A stretch of DNA of 64,000 nt from the human T2T-CHM13v2.0 reference genome, Homo sapiens, in assembly GCF_009914755.1 (NCBI RefSeq), contig NC_060930.1. One strand, written 5' to 3'. A program made the position numbers and the translations under genes. Under the pieces are notes generated by a model that saw nothing but the letters and a program-made list of their open reading frames with translations, had not been told where the DNA came from and did not search any database. Positions 55,151-64,000 of the stretch are shown one piece after another; the stretch's first letter is position 1, and each line of letters starts with the position of its first letter.

Positions 55151-58100
55151 GATTGAAGTCACGTTAGACCAAATAAATATGGTCATTTGCCTTTACCTGA
55201 GCTGAAAAGAACTGTCAATCCAAGATAGTTCTCAGCAAGGTTGGTCTCAGGACATGAAATGTCACAAAACTGTAACTTCAAGGGGTTTTGTCATCTTCTC
55301 AAGACTGTCTCAGCTATTTGGGTTTTGCTGCCATCAGAGAACAGCAATGTCACAATTATAGCTTTGAGAGTATAAAAGGACACAGTTTTCTTTGAGAATC
55401 AAGAAGATATTAATAGCTTTCTCCCGGAGGGCTAGACAGGAGCAAAGTATTAAGCAGTGTTTCTTGAAGCTCTCATAGCGGAGGATGACTGTGTGATTGT
55501 CAACCTCTAACACATACCCACTGAGTTAGAAACTCCTGGACAAGGCCTACAAACACGAAATTTCAACCAAATCCATAAGTGAATCATATACACACTACAT
55601 TTTAAATTTTACCCACTGATTTAAATTAAATAGGAATACTAAAATAATGTGATATAATTGCTAACTGCTCCCTTCCTTATTTGCTCCCTTTCCTTAGCTT
55701 ATTTGCTATTTTAATAGGTGTCAAAAACATCTGCTAATTTATGTTTTATCTACATATTTGGGTTGACTTAAAGCATTTTCAGGGTTTTAAAAATTATTTC
55801 TTTCCCAGTGTCTCTGTCTCTCTCCCTCACATCTTTTCTATTCTCCTTTTACTTCTTTTTGTGTCTTCTTCCTCACCTCATCAGAATAGATGAATTTATT
55901 AGATCTTTCTCTCTATGCTTGATAATTCTTCCTCATTATCTCCACCAGAAAAAATAAAAAATGTATTTTTAATAAATATTAATATTTAATAAAATTAATA
56001 AAATGGAAAATGGAAAAGTGACAATACAAAATCCGTTCCCTCAATTAAAAGGTACTTCTCTAGCATTTTACCTATTTGAGTGGAGCAATGAAATCCACGC
56101 TCCCAGTTACTTTATTCTTTGCATGTAATGCTGTAGGAAATCTGTTGGTTACAGATTTGTAAGCTCTAGGCTCAGTGGCCTTACCACCTGGCTTTGACAT
56201 TATTCCCTACAACAAAGCATCGTAAGACTTGAGGGCAAGATCTCTGCTGATTCATTGCTCCATCCCAAATAGCTCCTGGCAGAATGTCTTGTACAGGAAA
56301 GACACCCATTAATATTTGTCAAATAAATGAACAGAGGAAAAGAAAAACCCGGGCTTCCTCTAAACTTGTCACACTAAGCTCATGATTGAATCAAACACAT
56401 AAAGAAACCCTTTCATGATATAAATGAGAATACTAACCCCTGCTCTGTGTGGCTTTGTAACAATATTTTTAACAACTAAGTTCAATCTTTTGTCAGTGTT
56501 ATGACTCTGAAAATTAAAGAAAATGTTTTGTAGAAACAAATAATTAGAAATATTGCCAGGAAACTTCTGTACTGGTTGTTGTTACTTTTATTCGCTGGGT
56601 CTGTGAGAAGGTTGGTGGTATAGAGAGAGTTGTAAGAGGCATGATTAACAAGGGCTTATTGAGCCCTTACTGTTTGCATAGGCACTATTTTCAAACGGTG
56701 TAGCAAATATAAAAGATACAAAGTATATGACATTTTCTTCCTCTGTAGCATGCAAGCTTGGTGGAAGACAAGATTCGGAGCACAATTAGAGAACAATATG
56801 AGACTATGTACAATGAAGTGGTAAATTGAATATAATTAAGCACATTTTCCATAATTCCAAACTGAAAAAGTCAGAGGGGAAAAGACCGATGTTGGTTGCC
56901 AGTATAATAAAATATGTCAAAATTAACAGAAGATGGAATACATAGAATTTCAAATTCTATTGTGATGAATATTATGGGGTATCTCCGCAGTATATGTTTA
57001 CTTCAAGTTTTCCTACATAAAATAATGAGAAAATGTAATTTTATGTCAGAATTTCCCATCGTAGATGATCTTGAAGAACTCTCATTTTATAAATTTAGGA
57101 CAGGCTGCCACGGCTACCTAAAAGGAGGACAAAACTTTGTATTATGCAAAATAATTTCCTTTAAAGATATCTGTGTTTGCTGACAATGTTTGTACTGTAT
57201 CTGTCCCTTCAGTTTACAGATATTAGGGAGCAGGGGGACAGTCTTTTTAGTGGAATTACTATAGCAGAGAGCGCAAGGCCACCTGTGCCTCCAATGGTTT
57301 TGTTTCTGTGCAATGTTCTTAAAGTTGACATATTTTCCTCAGTTTAACTCCTTTGGGATATAAAGGCATTTGAAAGATAAGGGTTTGGACTTTAGGAAAG
57401 ACTTTAAAAGTAAAGATCTGAAGTTGAGGTTGGTGCCATTTTTTGTCACTTACACTTTATATGAATTTTAAATTTCAATTTGGCCTCATTTTAAATCCTC
57501 TCAAAGTGATAGTACCTCTCCTCACCTCTCACAATTCTGTATTCATAAATATTCTATTATTTCTTGGAAATATCTTGATCTCAGAGAAAAAAAAAATAGC
57601 ATCCCAGGGCTGACTTTTCTCAGGAGACTTCTCCTTTTTTTTGCTTTTTTCAAATTTCATGTCAACCACATTTTTTTCCCAAAGGAGAATGTCTTTTTAC
57701 AGAGAGAAAGAGTAGAAGTGAATGGTTGAATAAGTTTACAATCACACCTCTATCTGCTCATTGCACTTATTTAGTAATATCTCAGTGCTATAGTCTTTAA
57801 TAGTATATATATTTTTAAAATACAATTGGTAAAGGAGTTTTGCTTTGAAGTATTAAAAACATCACAACATTTATCTGCAACTTCTTTTATTGTACATCCA
57901 TTAGAAATATCCAAATGAAAGATAATTTTTAATTGAAGAAAATTACAATTTCACAATTTCTAGTATTTAATGTAAGTGATAAATGGAGAATAATAATAAT
58001 AGAAATGATATATGCATTAAAAATACTTTATTGATGAAATCACTGCAATTAGGAAAAGTAAAAGGAAAGAGAACAGGATGACAGTCTATCTTCATTAAGT

Positions 58101-58589
58101 AGCATCTATACTGATGCATCGGTTTAGTAAATGAGTGAACTTGTCATCTGGATCACTCTGTTCACATCATCAGCCCATTCTTGCTCCTTCCAAAGAAGGG
58201 GTTAGAATCCATGTTTATAATTTTGAATTAAATTTCAAGAAAGGACCACAATTAAACAGAACAACAGTTGGTTCACATAAATAGGAGATTAATAACTTTC
58301 TAAGCAGATGGCTCAGTAAGGTCATTCATCAATGTGAGTAAAGATGAACTGTCAGCAATGAAGAGAATTGAAAATATGGAGTGGATAGTTTAGTTTGTTG
58401 GACATGGAGTTGTTGCTGGAAAACAAATTCAAGGAAATCTAGAAGGAGAAATAAACTTGGAATGCTATAAATACCTATTGTCAAACTTAGAATTTATACT
58501 GGTTTTGGAATAATTTAATCAGTCTCTGTAAAGACACTAGACTTCAAAGCTCATTTTAAATACTAATAAAGTGTGATTTAACTATATAT

Positions 58590-58946
58590 TATTTAAAGAA
58601 ATATTTTAGACAAATTAAATTTAGTGAGAGTTTATTTGAGCAATAAACTCTTCATGGATTGGGCAGCATCAGAACCAGAAGAGGTTCAGAGAGCTCCACC
58701 CAGAAGTGTGAGCAGTGAGCTTTAACAGGCCAAACATAGAAGCAAAGCAGGAAAGTAATCTGATTGGCTACAGCTAGGTGTCTGCCTTATTTGGGCATGA
58801 TACAATGAGTTGTTTGCCTGCTATTGGGGCTGTTCACTCCTAAATTAGATTTCAATTTGTTTACCTACTGTTAGGTTGCAGTTCATTGTGTCAAAACTCA
58901 AAATATAGAGATAGTCTCAAGCTAATGGCCTATTGCTTATTTAACA
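58590..58946 (-). mobile_element. ERV1 solo LTR (MER57/MER93-like)
   Basis: GAGTTTATTTGAGCAA...GGGCAGCA...GAGGTTCAGAGAGCTCC...TGATTGGCTACAGC...TTAGGTTGCAGTT...TTTAACA; possible TSD ATAT. Confidence 0.7.
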
Positions 58947-59067
58947 ATATCTATGATATTCACCTTATCATTGCCCCTACTGTATTGCAAAACTTATCCA
59001 TCTTCGTTATACACACACACAAACATATATATATGTGTGTGTTTATATATGAATATATATGCATATA

Positions 59068-59430
59068 TATAAACTGTTCACAACTTACAATGGTTCAACC
59101 TATGATTTTTTACCTTTACAATGGTACAAAAATGATATGTATTCAGTAGAAACTGTACTTTGAATACCCATACAACCATTCTATCTTTCACTTTCAATAT
59201 AGTATTCCGTAAATTATATAAGACATTTCTTTATTACAATATAGGCTTTTTGTTAGATGATTTTGCCCAACTGTAGGTGAATGTAAGTGTTCTGAGCATG
59301 TTTAAGGTAGGCTACGCTAAGCTATGATGTTAGGTATGTTAGGTATATCGAATGCATTTTCAACTTAAATACTTTCAACTTATGATAGGTTTATTGAGCT
59401 ATAACCCCATCATAAGTTGAAAAGTGTCTG
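59068..59430 (-). mobile_element. MER47A (Tigger-derived) DNA transposon
   Basis: GATGATTTTGCCCAACTGTAGG...GTTCTGAGCATGTTTAAGGTAGGCTA...AACCCCATCATAAGTTG...CTG followed by TA. Confidence 0.88.
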
Positions 59431-59819
59431 TACAAAGATAGATTTATTGATAGATACATATATCTTGCTCACAAACCGAAGCCAAAAAGAACTAGCAGTG
59501 ATGACATCCATGTTTTCATACCAAATGAACCAAACTTTTTGGCTTTACCATTGTCTCTTACCCATGTTGTTTGTTTTTCTTCTACCATTAATCTGTATGC
59601 TCTTTTAGGGTAAAGAATACTTTTTACTCATGGTGACTCCCTCTGCCTCCAGCACTTTCCATGTTATCAATGCAGACCGGGCACTCCATAAGTGTTTCAT
59701 AAATTGAACTGAATTGTCTTCCTTATCATCCCCTTCAACAAGATAGAGGTAGTAAATGGCAATATATTTGGAGGGAGGGAGGTATAACTATCTAAAGCCT
59801 CAAAAGCAACAAAGGACAA

Positions 59820-60128
59820 TAATTCAAATATCTGCTAGATCAGGCCACATGGTCATGAGGTGGGACACTGGTGAAGTGAAGGGAGTGTGCCCTCCCTACA
59901 GCAGTGCTGTGGCCACTCAAATCCAATAATTTCCTGCAGAACATGAGCCAAATCTCTATCTTGTCAAATCTTCCAAGTTTTAAGAAGCTAGAAACTCAAA
60001 TATTGATGTGGAAACTTCTGATTTTATAATGCTGGCAAACGATTGGAAGTATTTTTTTAAACACTGCACCTGACAAATAAAATATTTCTGTGGGTCACAT
60101 CCCTGGAGCTCACAATTTTCGACCTCAC
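59820..60128 (+). mobile_element. MER102-like hAT element
   Basis: ATCTTCCAAGTTTTAAGAAGCTAGAAA...TGATTTTATAATGCTGGCAA...AAACACTG...TTTCGACCTC. Confidence 0.65.
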
Positions 60129-61142
60129 TCGGGGCAACAGAAAAGCTGACCAAGAAGGTCAAGATGTTAATTAGGCAGCTCTGTTGACCACAGGCAGATG
60201 CCTGTGGACTATAATTCTCCACCTCAATGTCACTTGGCTACAGGGTGGTAGTGTTAATGACATTCGAGGTAGGCAATATATGTATCCATGAAGGTTTGTC
60301 AATCTGCGGTGTATACACATAATGGCTGAAAATCAGCTGTCTCTTATTTGTTGCGGTTTGTTTGGTGAGACTCTGTGGGAGTATTTGTGGCTTAAGAGCT
60401 TGGAAACCTCAGTGTCCATGAACATAGGAATTGTTCAGGGAGGAGATGTAACAGGTGAGGCAAGAAACCAGAATGCCACCTTTAATTTCAGTTGTTGTCT
60501 GGAATGCAAACAATGCTCCTAGTTACCTGACCAATATTTCCCCTCAATGTAAATGATTTGGTGAAAAATGATACTCTTTCTCACAGCCCCAAGAGGAGGT
60601 TAAAATCCTCTTACAGCCTTATTTGAAAAGTAAAATTTCAAAAGAAAAGGAAAGAAAGACAGCCAAAGCAATCATTATAAAGCTTGAGGCTAAAGTCAGT
60701 TTTACTTTATTTTTTCATCACTCACCCTGGAATTGTTTGATAGGATGGTTTGAAAGAATTCGGGATGAAGTGTAGCATCTCCAAATGTTAGAAAATGTAT
60801 ACTAGAATATTTATAAATCTTGTTCCATTTTACGCACCCTAGATGTCACGATATATGGGAAATTTAAAAAAGTATCAGAAAAACTCGGCATGGGGGATGA
60901 GAGTAACGAGTGAAGATGATGAACATGTGTCTGATCGATGTGTCTCCCACTCTGTCCTCCACCTGCCTCTCACCTCCTCCCCTGCCTCTCCCACTAGCTT
61001 GCCCCCCTCCGGAAGCCCCACACATTTTTTTTTCACTTTTACATGAACGCAACATGCCACTTTTGAACTCACAGACTTCACATCTACCTGGAAATTCTGT
61101 TCTTTTTCTTTCAAAATTCATCTCCAAAAGGTACCGTAAATA

Positions 61143-61388
61143 GACAGAGTGGGGTAGTGATAGAGAGCTACGACGCCGGGGCCAGACTGCCTGAATTTGC
61201 TCTCTATTGTCATCTCTTTTCTAGCTGTGTAAGCTTGTGTCTCCTTTCCTTTGTCTTTGCAATAGAGACAATAATAGTAATCTACCTTAAAAACGAGGTT
61301 TGATGTTTAAATGAATTAGTAAATATACAGTTCATTGGAGAGTTGTAACTATATAGTAAACACAGTGTAGTGTTAATTATTTTATTAT
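61143..61388 (+). mobile_element. MIR, near full length
   Basis: GGGCCAGACTGCCTG...CTAGCTGTGT...ATAATAGTAATCTACCT...TTAAATGAATTA. Confidence 0.75.
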
Positions 61389-61389
61389 C

Positions 61390-61705
61390 ACTCACGACCT
61401 CCTCCTCTGTGAAGTCATACCTGAGCTGGAGGCTAAAGAAGTGTCATGGCACCTTCAAGCACCTACTCTGTAAAACATTCTGCTACATTTGACTTTTATT
61501 CACAAATGCTTATGACAATGTATTATAATTATTGATTGATAGGATATGTAATATTGTATCTACTTACATATACATCTAAGCTGTAGGCTACTCAGGGGCA
61601 CAAACAAGATCACATTATTTTGATTATATGGTATTATCTAGAACTTATCCCAGTACTTAACACATAACCGTCAGTCAAAATATGTCAATTTCCTGAATGA
61701 ATAAG
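61390..61705 (+). mobile_element. L2 3' end
   Basis: CACCTCCTCTGTGAAG-like segment; CTGTAGGCTACTCAGGGGCA...TGAATGAAT tail. Confidence 0.5.
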
Positions 61706-62702
61706 GATGTGCATGGGAGTTTATCCTAGTACTATTTCATGACTTGTATCTGGATTAAATATGCATTGGAAAAAGTACTGTATTTTTGTGCTTTTGACTT
61801 AATATTTGTCATAGCAAAGGGAGAACTAATATCTTTTTCAGAGTGATACTGTCTATGCTGGTTAATATATTAATTTATGCTACCACTTCTCTCTGCTTAC
61901 ATTAGTAAAGCCTGACTCTCTCAATTTTAAATACAGAATTATCATACACTTTGCTAGACACGCTTCATATTTCTGGGTTTGACACTAGTTTTCTGGAGTA
62001 CAAGAGTGTCATTATGTCCTTATGTCTCAAATGCAATCTTGCCCCATCTGGATTCATGTTAGAAGAGGAAGCAGATAACAACTTTTCCTACTTCACACCT
62101 GTGAGATCAGTAAATTTGACCACAGATTAGAAATTTTAAAATGAATAAAATTTTAAGTGGCACTTCTGATGCAGTGTATTTTATGACTTTTTTTTAAAGA
62201 AATGTACTTGACCACCAATATATTATTTATAATTCAAAAAATCTGACTCAGAACAAGTTCTATTGTAACCTTATGCATCATCATTATCCTATTCTAGTAA
62301 GTATAAGGGATAGAATTTCCTTACCGCTACTGAATGCTTGACTTCAATCTAAAACACTCTTAATTTGCATTAAATTAAAGGCCACTTAGAAAAATTTAGA
62401 GAACACTTTTTTGTGTGTGCAGAAAACATTAATCAAGCAGTTTTCCTCTGATTTTTTTAACTGGAAATAGCTCATTTAAATATTATCCAAACTCTACTTC
62501 TTTTAAAATAATTTTTTCTTAGTATTTTATTACTGGTATTAGTGTAGTCATCTTCTTTAGTGATGTTAAAGCATCAGGGTTAAAGGGCTAGAAATTTAGC
62601 TTAAGACATAAATTAAAGGTGTGGGAATTATTTACTTTGGAGAAGAAAGAGATTAAGAAAATAAATGTTATTAAAACAAAATAAAAGGTAAACGCCATTT
62701 TA

Positions 62703-62999
62703 TTTTGTTTGTTTGTTTGTTTGTTTATATTACTTTAAGTTCTGGGATACGTGTGTAGAATGTGCAGGTTTGTTACATAGGTATACATGTGCCATGGTGG
62801 TTTGCTGTACCTGTCAACCCATCATCTAAGTTTTAAGCCCTGCATGCATTAAGTATTTGTCCTAATGCTCTCCCTTCGCTTGCCCCCACCTCCCGACAGG
62901 CCCTGGTGTGTAATGTTCCCCTCCCTCTGTCCATGTGTTCTCGTTGCTCAACTCCCACTTATGAGTGAAAACATGCAGTGTTTGGTTTTCTGTTCCTGT
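62703..62999 (-). mobile_element. L1PA7/8-like 3' fragment with (TTTG)n tail
   Basis: Same 3'UTR type as 41011-41290; TSD GGTAAACGCCATTTTA / GGTAAACACCACTTTA (62687-62702 / 63000-63015). Confidence 0.93.
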
Positions 63000-63585
63000 G
63001 GTAAACACCACTTTAAATTATAGACAGATTTGGTGGATTAGAATAAAATAGTTGTTACTGTGTGTGTGTGTTTGTGTAAGAAAAGAGGTAAGTGTTTACT
63101 AGAAGATATTAGATGATCCCCTAGATGTTTATAATATAAGGAGTCTTTGCTAAGATCGCTTAAGTGTGACTCCGCCTTGAGGTATACATGTCGGCTAGAC
63201 CAGACCTGCCACTAGGACTCAAGCTGGGGAGAATTTTGAGCACTTTGTTGTCAGCACCATTTAGAAGACAATTTTTTTTATCAGCTTTATATTCTACAAT
63301 ATGTGTAGACATCACTGAATTTCAATCTCATTTGCAGCTGAATAAACAAACGGTAGGTATTTCCAGTTTTTTTTAAGCCCTCTTACTTAGAATTACCACT
63401 CATTCTCATATACTAAGATTATATCATTTATGTTTTTAAATAAATATCCAACCCCTCCCCAGACTATATAGGTATTTTGGGCTGATTATATAATATTATA
63501 TAATATATGCTGAGTTTTTATTTGAATCACTCTATGTTTTTGGAATAGAAAAAAATCTTAAATACAGGAACAGAGTTTTTATGTG

Positions 63586-63633
63586 AAAACTGCTAGGGGG
63601 AAAAAAAAATAAAAACTGCTAGGGGGAAAAAAA
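63586..63633 (+). repeat. Perfect 22-bp direct repeat AAAACTGCTAGGGGGAAAAAAA, period 26
   Basis: Copies at 63586-63607 and 63612-63633. Confidence 0.95.
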
Positions 63634-64000
63634 GCAAAAACAGTTGCTTTGCATTAATAAAAACATAAAGCCTCCTTTTTTATTATTTGTGATACAGCAC
63701 CAATTTATCTTACATAAATTAAACTCATATAACTAATAGTAATATAGGCTAGCTTGCATTAATTTTTTATATGCATTGCACTATGGTAGAAGTATTTAAA
63801 AAAGAGAAATATTCAAAGATGGAGTTACTAGCCTGAAGAATACAGGGGAACTCTATGTGGAGATCTAATTCTTGAAGTCTTATACCTGTAAGGTGGCAGA
63901 AAATAGGGGAGGCTGAAAGTCAGTGAACCCCAACTTCAGTTTCCACAATGTACAACTTACATATTGTATGGCTCAAAAATCTCTGGAGCAGCACTTTCTT

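Noticed and set aside
55955-56020. AT-rich quasi-palindromes (also ~48715 and ~63485)
   Set aside because: Low complexity; self-complementarity is expected by chance
41011-62999. Two similar L1PA7/8 fragments as a segmental duplication
   Set aside because: Similarity stops at the element edges; TSDs and tails differ

Overview
Human, AT-rich non-coding DNA; a near-consensus AluYb8 at 32496 identifies the species. Roughly half is recognisable interspersed repeat. I find no credible protein-coding exon, RNA gene or CpG island: the ORF track is Alu/L1/THE1/LTR12 read-through or chance. Main elements: a near full-length decayed L1MA-type LINE (28468-36957) inside an older L1M that abuts a Charlie1a, a complete THE1A MaLR provirus (20768-23040), a nested ERV1-LTR/Alu/LTR12F composite (14917-16138), several solo LTRs with target-site duplications (TSDs), nine full-length Alus plus one fragment, and many L2/MIR/DNA-transposon relics. 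I cannot support a new biological system here. The most unusual signals: (i) three independent L1PA 3' fragments truncated within about 5 nt of the same L1 position; (ii) two locally templated insertions inside the big L1; (iii) a candidate LTR12F-driven spliced non-coding transcript; (iv) a possible poly(A)-only retroinsertion; (v) an AP-1 motif cluster. Subfamily names come from remembered consensus sequences, not from a search, and boundaries of old elements are approximate.
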